Of a stretch of DNA of 64,000 nucleotides, positions 30,901 to 40,184 are shown one piece after another. This DNA is from Synergistales bacterium. Lineage in GTDB: Bacteria > Synergistota > Synergistia > Synergistales > JAFGMB01. The translations under genes were made by a program, and so were the position numbers. The notes under the pieces were generated by a model, which saw nothing but the letters and a program-made list of their open reading frames with translations, did no database searches and was not told the DNA's origin. How positions within the stretch are numbered: position 1 is the first letter of the stretch; each line of letters starts with the position of its first letter. The DNA lies in the NCBI GenBank assembly GCA_963666205.1, contig OY762654.1:1952001-2016000 (forward strand), read 5' to 3'.

Positions 30901-31749
30901 ATGTCGCCAACCACATCAGAGCGTGAAGCATTCCGAATATCGTTCCGTTCATTTGTGCCATTTCTCATTATTTCCTTCGGCTTGGCTTGGGGTATCCTCG
31001 CTTTGTACATTTTTCTCCCGGAGGGGATGGCATCAGTGTTTGGGCAACTCACAGGCAACCATCCCCTCTTCTTCTTGGCCGTGTATGCTCCTGCTATTGC
31101 GGCGTTCATTATTGTTGCCCGTACCGGTGGTGTCACAGGACTGAAGCGCTTCCTCGTACGGGTATTGCTATGGCGCTGCAGCTCAGCCTGGTATGCATTT
31201 CTGATTATCGGAGTTCCACTGATCTTTATCGTCGGTTCTCTTATGAGAGGAAATCTCTTTACGGAACCGTTTCCATTTATGTCTTTTCATAATTTGCTCG
31301 CAGCTTTGGCACTCGCAGCGATCAAGGGCCCGATCGAAGAATTCGGCTGGCGGGGGCTTGCTCTTCCACTTTTGCAGAGGAAGTTGGCTCCGGTCTGGGC
31401 CGGGCTCGTTCTTGGAGTCATCTGGGGGCTATGGCATTTTCCTGCTTTCCTCTTGAGCGGGACCCAGCAAAGCGAATGGTCATTCGCGGCGTTCTTTGCC
31501 GGGTGTCTGGCGATAAGCATTGTTGCAACTGCATTGTTCAATAGGTCGCGCGGCAGTATTCTGCTGTCGGCGTTCTTCCACTTCCAGTTGATGAACCCCA
31601 TCTTTCCGGATGCTCAACCCTACGACACATACCTGCTGGTCATTGCTGCTGCTGTTATCGTTTGGTGGAATCGCAAGGATATGTTCAAGAAGGAAGGTGC
31701 TGTCACCGAAGTCATTCCAAACCAAAGGAAAGTGACTAATGGCAGCTGA
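30901..31749 (+). CDS. CPBP (CAAX/Abi) intramembrane glutamic endopeptidase
   Basis: EEFGWRG, WGLWHFP and H...N motifs; multiple TM helices. Confidence 0.9.
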   Translation: MSPTTSEREAFRISFRSFVPFLIISFGLAWGILALYIFLPEGMASVFGQLTGNHPLFFLAVYAPAIAAFIIVARTGGVTGLKRFLVRVLLWRCSSAWYAFLIIGVPLIFIVGSLMRGNLFTEPFPFMSFHNLLAALALAAIKGPIEEFGWRGLALPLLQRKLAPVWAGLVLGVIWGLWHFPAFLLSGTQQSEWSFAAFFAGCLAISIVATALFNRSRGSILLSAFFHFQLMNPIFPDAQPYDTYLLVIAAAVIVWWNRKDMFKKEGAVTEVIPNQRKVTNGS

Positions 31750-31815
31750 CCATGTCCTGTACTCGGACGGGCATTCAGCTGAGCTCCATCGCCACCATTG
31801 ATGGCAACGTTATGT
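31744..31815 (+). mobile_element. Degenerate integron attC site
   Basis: 72 bp from AGCTGAC (decayed RYYYAAC, overlapping the stop codon) to GTTATGT (close to GTTRRRY), with an internal actcggacgg...gctgagctccat core resembling attC sites known to me. Confidence 0.55.
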
Positions 31816-31912
31816 TTCCAATTCTTGAAGGAGCAGCGTCAGATGTGTCGATAAGGAGAATAAATACTGAGACCAACTGAACAGGATACAGGAGATTGTT
31901 TGTTTTATCGAG

Positions 31913-32105
31913 GTGAACAAGGAGCTGCCGGAGAGGTATTGCTTTCTGCTGTTCGAGGTCAAGCGGGGCGGGTGTGACACTGGTGCCTTCGTAGCTTCAT
32001 TGATCCTGCTACTGGCACCTATGTTCCTTCTCAGCAGGAAACGTTTGATATCCCAAGTCAATATAGTCTTCTTTAAGGGGCCTGAATTCCGGGCCTGGCT
32101 TTTTT
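31913..32105 (+). pseudogene. Remnant 3' end of a Synerg-CTERM gene with its terminator
   Basis: Reads ...RGGCDTGAFVASLILLLAPMFLLSRKR, followed by the shared ccgggcctggcttttt hairpin; no N-terminal body. Confidence 0.65.
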
Positions 32106-32369
32106 CATTGGTATTTACCTTGTTCCATAAAATGATCGGATCAGTATCCAAAACCTTTCAAAATCCCTCGAACATGACAAAAGACTGCTTCTCATTTCAT
32201 TTGGTGAATTAACTTGACCAATAGATTCATAGTGCTAACATGAAAAAGTCTTTTCCGATTAACCCTGCATATTTTTCCGTTCCTTCTTATTTGCCATCAC
32301 ACAAAGATCACTTTTCCTTTTAGCCTGTGTTTTTTCATCACTATATTTCTTTTTATGGAGGTCTTTTAT

Positions 32370-33932
32370 ATGAAGAGCAGTTGCAGCTCAGTTTCTTTTC
32401 GACGTTCTACGGTCTGTATGTTGTTTGTATTTGTGTTGTTCGCATTTATTTCTTTTACGGGTATAGTGACAGCGGTTTATGCTGAAACCTTTATGGTTAC
32501 TTCAACCACTGATGATGTATCGGATACAGGTTCACTGCGTTACGCTATCCAAAATGGAACAAGCCAGGATGTAATAACCTTTGACCTTGAATACCCGGCA
32601 ACAATTACATTAGGCCAACAGCTTAGAATCGTTCATGGAATCACAATCCAGGGACCTGGAGCGCATCTGCTTGAAGTAAGTGGCAATGACGAATTCAGGG
32701 TCTTTGACATTGCTTGTTTGCAGGAACCCGTTACCATATCAGGTATTTCCATCGTTAGAGGTCGTGGTAAGGGCGGCGGAATATACAACATCAATCCCTA
32801 TCTTACTGTGACGAACTGCACCTTCAGTGGCAACGGAGAATCTAATGATGGCGGCGGAATATACAACGAAAGTTCCAGCCCTACCGTGACAAACTGCATA
32901 TTTACCATGAACAGTGCTCCTGGTGGCGGAGGGATGTACAACGACCATTCCAGCCCTACCGTAACGAACTGTACTTTCAGTGACAATAAAGGTGATGGTG
33001 GCGGAATGTACAACTATCGATCCAGTCCCACCGTTACGAACTGTACTTTCTCTTCGAACGGAGGAGGGCTTGCTGGCGGCGGAATGTACAACGATGAGTC
33101 TCATCCTGCTGTGACGAACTGCACCTTCAGTAAGAACAGCACTGGAGAGTTTAGTCTAGGCGGCGGGATGTACAACGAAAGTTCCAACCCTACCGTGACG
33201 AACTGTACTTTCTCTTCGAACTTTGCATCGTATGGCGGCGGAATGTACAACACAAACTGTTCCAGCCCTACGTTGAAGAACTGCATCTTTTGGGCTGACT
33301 GGGGCGAGATATTTAACGCTAATGGATGTGTTTCAGATCTCAGTTACTGTATTGTGGAGAACTGGGATGTTAGAGGACCAATTACACTTTCAGGTCCGAT
33401 CTATTCGTCAGATCCCAAACTTGGTCCATTGGCTGATAACGGAGGTCAAACGCAGACTTGTGCTCTTATGCCTGGAAGTTCAGCTATAGATCAAGGCTTA
33501 ACAATCCATTTTCTTTCAACAGATCAGCGAGGAGTAGATAGGCCTCAATGTGCCAGTTTTGATATCGGTGCCTATGAATTGAAATGTTACGCCCTTACCA
33601 CCACCTGCAATAGCGGAGGCTGCATTCTTCCTGAATCAGCAGATGTTTTTGAAGGTGCGAACATGGACTTTTACATCTATCCGGAATCGGATTATGGTAT
33701 ATCTGGAGTCTATGTCGACGGGAATCCCGTTTCTTATGATGAATTAAACTGCTGTTACACCTTCCAGAGTGTCTCTTCTGACCATGTACTCAGTGCTGAT
33801 TTTCAACCAGGCGGTGATGACGATGATAATAATGGAGGTGTCGGTGGAGGGGGCTGCAGCATCTCTGCATTGCCTGCCATTGGCTTGTTCTTGTTGATGC
33901 CCCTTATGTTCCTGTCAGGAAGAAGGAAGTAA
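32370..33932 (+). CDS. Beta-helix repeat surface protein (GGGMYN..S.PTVTNCTFS.N), Synerg-CTERM
   Basis: GSLRYAI N-domain, ~23-aa repeats, LGPLADNGG.T...GSSAID...DQRG..R...DIGAYE, C-terminus GGGCSISALPAIGLFLLMPLMFLSGRRK. Confidence 0.88.
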   Translation: MKSSCSSVSFRRSTVCMLFVFVLFAFISFTGIVTAVYAETFMVTSTTDDVSDTGSLRYAIQNGTSQDVITFDLEYPATITLGQQLRIVHGITIQGPGAHLLEVSGNDEFRVFDIACLQEPVTISGISIVRGRGKGGGIYNINPYLTVTNCTFSGNGESNDGGGIYNESSSPTVTNCIFTMNSAPGGGGMYNDHSSPTVTNCTFSDNKGDGGGMYNYRSSPTVTNCTFSSNGGGLAGGGMYNDESHPAVTNCTFSKNSTGEFSLGGGMYNESSNPTVTNCTFSSNFASYGGGMYNTNCSSPTLKNCIFWADWGEIFNANGCVSDLSYCIVENWDVRGPITLSGPIYSSDPKLGPLADNGGQTQTCALMPGSSAIDQGLTIHFLSTDQRGVDRPQCASFDIGAYELKCYALTTTCNSGGCILPESADVFEGANMDFYIYPESDYGISGVYVDGNPVSYDELNCCYTFQSVSSDHVLSADFQPGGDDDDNNGGVGGGGCSISALPAIGLFLLMPLMFLSGRRK

Positions 33933-34005
33933 CAGCCCAGCTTAGATAAAGAGATACACCAGCTAGATTATAAAAAAGCCAAGCTCGATCCGGGCCTGGC
34001 TTTTT
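33852..34005 (+). repeat. 154-bp direct repeat, copy 1 (CTERM coding end plus terminator)
   Basis: Matches 35939-36092 with one mismatch by eye. Confidence 0.9.
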
Positions 34006-34285
34006 TAATGGTCCTTGGAGAGTTCCATAAAATGATCGAATCAGTATCCAAAACCTGCCAGGAAGAATAATGCTTCGAGAACCCATTATATCAGACTGTT
34101 ACCCTTTCATTCGGTGAATTAACTTGACGTTTAAATCACTGGTGCTAAGATGACAATAGTCTTTTTCCCTGAACTGATTGATATTTTCCACCTTTCTTAT
34201 CTTTCCACCATAAACAAGGCAGATCCCCTCTTTCTTCGCTTTCCCGTTTTACGAACTGATATTCAATTTTAGGGAGGTACTTGAT

Positions 34286-36019
34286 ATGAAGGATTGCGGT
34301 AAGAGATATTTCCGGTATTCCGTTTCTTTAGCATTGCTTGTATTTCTGTTAGCTTTATTTATCAGTTTTTGGGGAACGGCAGGTTATGCTGTGACTTTTG
34401 CAGTTACCAACACGAATGATTCTGGGGAAGGTTCTTTGAGAGCAGCTATTGTGAGTGCTGATGTTTACGAGGATGTAATAAGTTTTGACTTTGCTACTTA
34501 CCCTCAAACCATAACCCTGGAGTCTGAACTGGAGATAAGCGGCGATAAGAGTTTGAAGATCCAGGGTCCTGGAGCGGATAAGCTTGTTATCAGCGGAAAC
34601 AAAAAATGCAGAGTCTTTTATATTGCTACCACGGCGTCCGTGGACATATCAGGCATTTCCATCGTGAGCGGGAGTGCAGATATGGGTGGTGGAATGTACA
34701 ACTATCGATCCAACCCAATTATAACTAACTGTATCTTCTCTGCTAACACTGCTTCTAACGATATTAATGCTACTGGCGGCGGAATGCTTAATCGGAATAG
34801 CAGTCCTATAGTTACCAACTGCACCTTCTCTGAAAACAGCTCGAGCGTTTATGGGGGTGGGATGGGCAACGATACAGGTTCCAGTCCCACAGTCAGTAAT
34901 TGTACCTTCAACTCGAACAGCGCTTCTATTGGAGGCGGGATGTGTAATTGGTATCTTTACACCTCACCATTTCTTAACTGCACCTTCTCTTCCAACACGG
35001 CAGGTCAGGGCGGAGGTATGTACAATTTCGAATCATTGCCCGAGTTAACCACTTGTACTTTCTCTGAAAACACCGCAACCCAGAGGGGTGGTGGAATGTA
35101 TAACTCAGTTTCAAGCCCAGATATGACGAACTGTACCTTCAACGGGAACACTGCAAATGATTATGGTGGAGGAATCTATAATTATTTATCTGATCCCACC
35201 GTGATTAAATGTACATTTTTTGAAAACCATGCGGCAAATCATGGCGGCGGAATGTGCAATTATGAATCCACTTTTCATGTTTCTGATTGCACCTTTGATA
35301 CCAACAGCGCAGACTATGGAGGCGGCATGTTTAACGATTTCAAGCCATCCTCTGCCGTTACAGTATCCACGGTAATCCAAGGCAGTACATTTACAAACAA
35401 CATCGGAGTTGAAAAAGGTGGAGCTATCTACAACGAATATGCAAAAACGGTTGAGATAATCAATTGCACCCTGATCTTGAATTCTGCTGAATATGGTGGA
35501 GGAATTTATAGTTATATTTCCAGCCCTGTCATTACTAACTGTACTTTGACTGGCAATACAGCAAATTCGGGAGTTTCCATGTACAGTAAAGAGTCTGAAC
35601 CTTTTGCAAGAAATTGCATTTTCTGGGAGGACAATGGAGTGGAGGTCGTAAACAGTCTCTCTAGTCCGGATATAGCTTTCTGTGTTGTGGAGAATCAGAT
35701 AACAGGAGCCACGAACATTTCAGATATTATTACTGCAGATCCAATGTTGGAAGCATTGGATGATAACGGAGGTCCAACATGGACCTGTGCCCTGGGAAGG
35801 GGCAGTTCTGCCATAGATGAGGGGACTGACTCAGGCAATATTCCTAATACTGACCAGAGAGGAATAGAAAGGCCCCAGGGTGCCGGTTATGACATTGGCG
35901 CCTTTGAAGTGGAACCATCTTCATCTGACACCAGTAGTGGCTGCAGCATCTCTGCATTGCCTGCCATTGGCTTGTTCTTGTTGATGCCCCTTATGTTCCT
36001 GTCAGGAAGAAGGAAGTAA
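34286..36019 (+). CDS. Paralogous beta-helix repeat surface protein, Synerg-CTERM
   Basis: VTNTNDSGEGSLRAAI, GGGMYN repeats, DIGAFE; same CTERM as the preceding gene. Confidence 0.88.
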   Translation: MKDCGKRYFRYSVSLALLVFLLALFISFWGTAGYAVTFAVTNTNDSGEGSLRAAIVSADVYEDVISFDFATYPQTITLESELEISGDKSLKIQGPGADKLVISGNKKCRVFYIATTASVDISGISIVSGSADMGGGMYNYRSNPIITNCIFSANTASNDINATGGGMLNRNSSPIVTNCTFSENSSSVYGGGMGNDTGSSPTVSNCTFNSNSASIGGGMCNWYLYTSPFLNCTFSSNTAGQGGGMYNFESLPELTTCTFSENTATQRGGGMYNSVSSPDMTNCTFNGNTANDYGGGIYNYLSDPTVIKCTFFENHAANHGGGMCNYESTFHVSDCTFDTNSADYGGGMFNDFKPSSAVTVSTVIQGSTFTNNIGVEKGGAIYNEYAKTVEIINCTLILNSAEYGGGIYSYISSPVITNCTLTGNTANSGVSMYSKESEPFARNCIFWEDNGVEVVNSLSSPDIAFCVVENQITGATNISDIITADPMLEALDDNGGPTWTCALGRGSSAIDEGTDSGNIPNTDQRGIERPQGAGYDIGAFEVEPSSSDTSSGCSISALPAIGLFLLMPLMFLSGRRK

Positions 36020-36092
36020 CAGCCCAGCTTAGATAAAGAGATACACCAGCTAGATTATGAAAAAGCCAAGCTCGATCCGGGCCTGGCTTTTT
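35939..36092 (+). repeat. 154-bp direct repeat, copy 2
   Basis: See 33852-34005. Confidence 0.9.
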
Positions 36093-36164
36093 CATTGTCC
36101 AGAAAGGACGCTGCCATCCCCACAGTCACAAGTATTAAAATCGGAAGGACACCTTCCTTTCTAT

Positions 36165-36453
36165 TTTGCACAGCGTTCTCAGACCATAGAACGGGTATTT
36201 GCGTATGTCGGGGAAAGGCACGGTCTGAGATATCCCATGTTGAAAGGCAGGGCCAGAATAAAAATGGAGGTTCTGCTTACCTTTACATGTATGAATCTGA
36301 AAAAACTGGCTAAGTGGAAGGTCAAAGATCCAGGGTTGGGGGAGATTAAATCCTATGGTTCTTCAAATTCTACTCATTTTGTTTCAGCCAGGATTTAGAA
36401 AAATATAAAAGTCCCTTGGAACAGTATCTCCAAGGGACTTTGTCTGCAATCTG
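36165..36453 (+). mobile_element. IS1182-family transposase C-terminal remnant with probable right end
   Basis: RSQTIERVFAYVGERHGLRY...LTFTCMNLKKLAKW; hairpin aaagtcccttgga..tccaagggacttt followed by gtctgcaatctg, resembling IS1182 termini. Confidence 0.7.
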
Positions 36454-36476
36454 GACTCTCTGAAAGGAGTGCATAA

Positions 36477-37046
36477 TTATTTTTGTCTTTCAAAGATCAT
36501 TAATCGTCCCCGCTGTTCTGAGAAGGAAAAGCCCATTCTGTTAAACAGGTTTAAAGTGTTTTCTGATTTTCCATGGCCTTTTTCAAATGCAACGGTTCCT
36601 GCCGGTCTGATGATCCTTTTCATTTCCAGTATAAGGTCTTCAAGTCCTCCCGATATGTGTCCCAGGCCAAAGAGAAAGGCCAGATCCATGCTTTTCTCTG
36701 GGAATGCAGTCTCTGAAGCATTACCCTCAATGGCAGTGATATTGGATAACTTAGCCTTTTCAGCTTTTTTCTCTACCCTTTCAATAAATCCCGGGTGAAG
36801 GTCCATGGCATATATCTGTCCCGTTCTTCCCACTATCTTCGCAGCCGGGATAGTGTAAAATCCTGGTCCGCACCCCACTTCGATAACTTTCTGTCCTTTC
36901 TTCAGACCCGCTGCTCTCAATTTTGAAAAGGGGTCTTTCAACAGCTTAAGTAGCGGATTGTCATGTATAAGTGTTATTGTCCAGTAAGCAAGTATTGATC
37001 TGTGTTCAATTTTCTTTCCCATTGTTTTGCTTCTCATGCAACTCAT
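36477..37046 (-). CDS. Class I SAM-dependent methyltransferase
   Basis: VIEVGCGPGFYT motif I; ATG overlaps the upstream TetR stop; start uncertain. Confidence 0.85.
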   Translation of the reverse strand: MSCMRSKTMGKKIEHRSILAYWTITLIHDNPLLKLLKDPFSKLRAAGLKKGQKVIEVGCGPGFYTIPAAKIVGRTGQIYAMDLHPGFIERVEKKAEKAKLSNITAIEGNASETAFPEKSMDLAFLFGLGHISGGLEDLILEMKRIIRPAGTVAFEKGHGKSENTLNLFNRMGFSFSEQRGRLMIFERQK

Positions 37047-37681
37047 TCTGCAGTCCTTCCTTTCCCGTTTCCATTTGATCCGGTAATACCTTTCCATCCC
37101 CATGTTCTGAATAGGGCCAACTCTTGCGCAAATTTTTCAAGTTCTTTCTCCGATACAGGGTGTAAGGATGCTTCCCGAATAGTGCTAACGTAAAATGAGG
37201 CCATGTTGTGTATGAAGAACTCAGAAACAGTAGTCGTAAGTGTTTCTGATCTTTTAAGTATCTCAATAATTTTTTTTGTCAGTATTTCATACTGGTCCAC
37301 CAGCCGGTCGAAATAGTTTTCCAGGGAGGACCCCCCCGCACAGGCAAAAAGCAGTCTAAATTCATCCCTGTGGTTACCAATAAACTTCATGTGAGTTCCG
37401 TATTCTGCTTTCCTCTGTTCAATTCCCCAGGTTTTTGCAAGTTCAACCGGGTCTGTTTCTTCCACTGTTTTTTTCTTTTCTACAAAGTAACTTGTAACAG
37501 GTTCAACAAGGTGTATAAAAAGGTCTTCCTTATTCCTGAAATAACAGTAGATTGTAGGTGCAGATATTCCTGCCCCCTCAGCAATACTTTTCATGGATGT
37601 TTTCTGAAATCCGCTTTCGAGGAATTTTGCCTTTGCCACCTGAATTATCTTCTCTCTGATCTCTTCCTTTAGCACCTGCAT
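37043..37681 (-). CDS. TetR/AcrR family regulator
   Basis: HTH segment SMKSIAEGAGISAPTIYCYFRNKEDLF. Confidence 0.92.
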   Translation of the reverse strand: MQVLKEEIREKIIQVAKAKFLESGFQKTSMKSIAEGAGISAPTIYCYFRNKEDLFIHLVEPVTSYFVEKKKTVEETDPVELAKTWGIEQRKAEYGTHMKFIGNHRDEFRLLFACAGGSSLENYFDRLVDQYEILTKKIIEILKRSETLTTTVSEFFIHNMASFYVSTIREASLHPVSEKELEKFAQELALFRTWGWKGITGSNGNGKGRTAE

Positions 37682-37787
37682 CCAGGATCACCCGCTTAAT
37701 AATGAATTATGTTCGCTATTAAGAATATACGCGAAATTTGCCATTTGTCAATACCTATCGACATTAGTTATTATTGTTAGAGAAATC

Positions 37788-37833
37788 AGTTGTATCTACA
37801 ACTAATTTATGGTATATAGTTGTAGATACAACT
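37788..37833. promoter_or_regulatory. Twin palindromic operators (probable MarR sites)
   Basis: AGTTGTATCTACAACT (37788-37803) and AGTTGTAGATACAACT (37818-37833), 30 bp apart, overlapping the MATE promoter. Confidence 0.7.
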
Positions 37834-37857
37834 ATATGAGAAAGGGAGTAATATGCC

Positions 37858-39222
37858 TTGAACCCTGAACGAGAACACATGCTTGCGAATGAACCTGTTT
37901 CAAGCCTTATATGGAAGCTTTCCCTTCCAGCTACGGTAGGGATGCTGGTTCAAGCCCTTTATAACCTTGTTGACACCATATATATCGGTCACAGTGTGGG
38001 TGCTCTTGGAATAGCAGGGCTCTCCATCTCTTTTCCGCTGCAGATGATAATAGGTGGGACGGGGGCAATGCTGGGTATGGGTGCAGCCTCAGTCATATCA
38101 AGAAACCTGGGTGCAAAGAATTACAAGAGGGCAGAGGTGGCCTTTGGGAATAACCTTCTTGCCATTCTGATCTTTGGGGGGGGCATTGCCTTTGTCGGTA
38201 AGTTTCTGACTGTTCCGATCCTTCAGGCCTTCGGCGCCACCGAGGCCATATTGCCCTATGCTCTCGACTATATGAGCGTGATCTTTCTTGGGACGCCCCT
38301 TATTGTATTCTGTATGTCCATGAACAATGTTATCCGTTCAGAAGGAGCGGCAAAGGTCGCCATGTATTCAATGGTTATTGGTGCGATTGCTAACATAATA
38401 CTTGATCCGGTATTTATCTTTGTATTGGATATGGGTGTTCGTGGTGCAGCAATTGCAACAGTTATGGCACGACTGGTTGTTATTGGCTGGATTACCTATT
38501 ACTATTCCACGGGACAAAGCTTTTTAAAATTTTCCATCAAATATATGAAGCCCCAGCTGGATATTATGGTTGAGATCATCGCCATAGGCTTCCCTGCACT
38601 GGTCAGGCATGCTGCGTCAAGTTTCGTATTTGGAATGGTCAATCAACTGGCTGCCTTTTATGGGGGGGATATGGCAGTTGCTCTCTTCGGTGTCAACAAC
38701 CGGGTCATTATATTCTCCTTTATGCCTGCAATAGGAATAGCACAGGGAATGCAGCCCATCCTCGGCTACAGCTACGGGGCCGGTTCCTATCACAGGGCCA
38801 GGGAGGTCATACTGAAATCAGCTTTAATAGCTACTGTCTTTTCATCACTTCTGGCCTTAGTTTTTTTTATTTTCCCCAAGACGGTAATATCCATATTTAC
38901 CCATGATCCTGCCCTTCTTGAAATGGGACCCCATGCTTTGAGGCTAATGACCTTCGCTTTGTGTGTAATCGGTTTTCAGATGATAGGGGGAACCCTTTTC
39001 CAGGCTATAGGGAAGGCACTCCCGTCATTCATCCTCAATACATCCAGGCAGATCCTGATACTGATACCTGTCCTGTATTTTCTTCCGAAGTACATAGGTA
39101 TTGATGGTGTATGGCTTGCTTTTCCCATCGCAGACATCCTTTCAACCTTCATAACTGTTCTTGTAGTCATACCACAGATGAAAAGCCTGAAACGGGCTGA
39201 ACTTGCCATGGAAGGAGAGTGA
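37858..39222 (+). CDS. MATE efflux transporter (MepA-like)
   Basis: LYNLVDTIYIG and NIILDPVFIF...GVRGAAIAT; about 12 TM helices. Confidence 0.92.
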   Translation: MNPEREHMLANEPVSSLIWKLSLPATVGMLVQALYNLVDTIYIGHSVGALGIAGLSISFPLQMIIGGTGAMLGMGAASVISRNLGAKNYKRAEVAFGNNLLAILIFGGGIAFVGKFLTVPILQAFGATEAILPYALDYMSVIFLGTPLIVFCMSMNNVIRSEGAAKVAMYSMVIGAIANIILDPVFIFVLDMGVRGAAIATVMARLVVIGWITYYYSTGQSFLKFSIKYMKPQLDIMVEIIAIGFPALVRHAASSFVFGMVNQLAAFYGGDMAVALFGVNNRVIIFSFMPAIGIAQGMQPILGYSYGAGSYHRAREVILKSALIATVFSSLLALVFFIFPKTVISIFTHDPALLEMGPHALRLMTFALCVIGFQMIGGTLFQAIGKALPSFILNTSRQILILIPVLYFLPKYIGIDGVWLAFPIADILSTFITVLVVIPQMKSLKRAELAMEGE

Positions 39223-39710
39223 CTTCCCTAATGACATCTCCGAAATCTATCGGGAAAATGGTGTCCGTTATCCACAGGTACGGTCACAGCTATTTTGATC
39301 ATGAATTTTCTGATCTTGATATAGGGCATGGACCGAGAAATTTTCTTGCAGCTCTTTTCTGTCGGGAGGGTATGACACAGGATGAGCTGAGTGAGTCCCT
39401 TATGATGGACAAGACAACAACTGCCAGGGCGGTGAAACAGCTTGTCCAGGCAGGATATGTGATCCGTAAAAGGGATGAAGATGACCATAGATACTATCAT
39501 CTTTATCTTACTGATAAGGCCAGAGACCTGGCTCCCCGTATATGGGATGCAAGGTCAAAATGGACTGAAGTATTATCGAAGGGATTCACCGAAGAGGAAA
39601 AAGAGCTAATCTATATTTTTCTTGAAAGGGCAGCAGATAATGCAGCTGGATTCAGGGAAGAAGGTTTTCTGTTACAGGTAGAAACAGGTCAGGATAGCGA
39701 TTCGAAATAG
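39219..39710 (+). CDS. MarR family regulator
   Basis: TQDELSE.L.MDKTTTARAVKQL...GYV.R...DHR. Confidence 0.92.
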   Translation: MTSLMTSPKSIGKMVSVIHRYGHSYFDHEFSDLDIGHGPRNFLAALFCREGMTQDELSESLMMDKTTTARAVKQLVQAGYVIRKRDEDDHRYYHLYLTDKARDLAPRIWDARSKWTEVLSKGFTEEEKELIYIFLERAADNAAGFREEGFLLQVETGQDSDSK

Positions 39711-39788
39711 ACAAGTTAACAGGCAGGGAAGATATTATGATCACCTGCCTTTTAACGATGATCCCTGTGTGAGAGAAAGATTCTCTAT

Positions 39789-40184
39789 TCAGTTGCAGTC
39801 CCCTGAAGATACGTTCTGCTGAATCCAGTTCCTGGCTATGATAAGAGAGATTCCACTGGACTCGGTTTTTTCGATGATCATGGTGTCATTAATAAAACGA
39901 AGAAAATCCGGAACATAGAGGGTCATCTCATCGATCTTTATCGCAAAGTAGTTTATATTATCTCTCCTTCTGTCGCGCTCAACCAGAGCGCTCTGTTCCT
40001 CTCCTCAGTAACCCTTGTATATACCCATACGAATGTAGAGATCTGGGCCTTTTTCCCGCATTAGTTCTTTTACGGATTCCGATGCCACCACTGTTATGTG
40101 ATCAGATTGTCCCGATAATGCAGCTGGTACGGAAACATATAAGAATACAATGAATATGGCTGTTAAAGCTGAAGATCTCTTCAT
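39789..40184 (-). CDS. Putative exported selenoprotein (131 aa, Sec at codon 60), HesB/CC-Se-motif-like
   Basis: RBS gggagga; signal peptide; in-frame TGA at 40007-40005 (KGY-U-GEE); the frame stays open for 71 more codons; hairpin GCGCUC-UGGUU-GAGCGC whose loop starts 19 nt after the UGA. Confidence 0.65.

Noticed and set aside
32770-35560. Repeats considered as a CRISPR array or DGR template/variable repeats
   Set aside because: They are in-frame coding repeats; there are no constant repeats with unique spacers, no cas or reverse transcriptase genes, and the differences are not adenine-specific.
39738-39791. Second TGA (C-N-TGA) as another Sec codon in the putative selenoprotein
   Set aside because: I see no SECIS-like hairpin at the right distance after it, so it is treated as the true stop.
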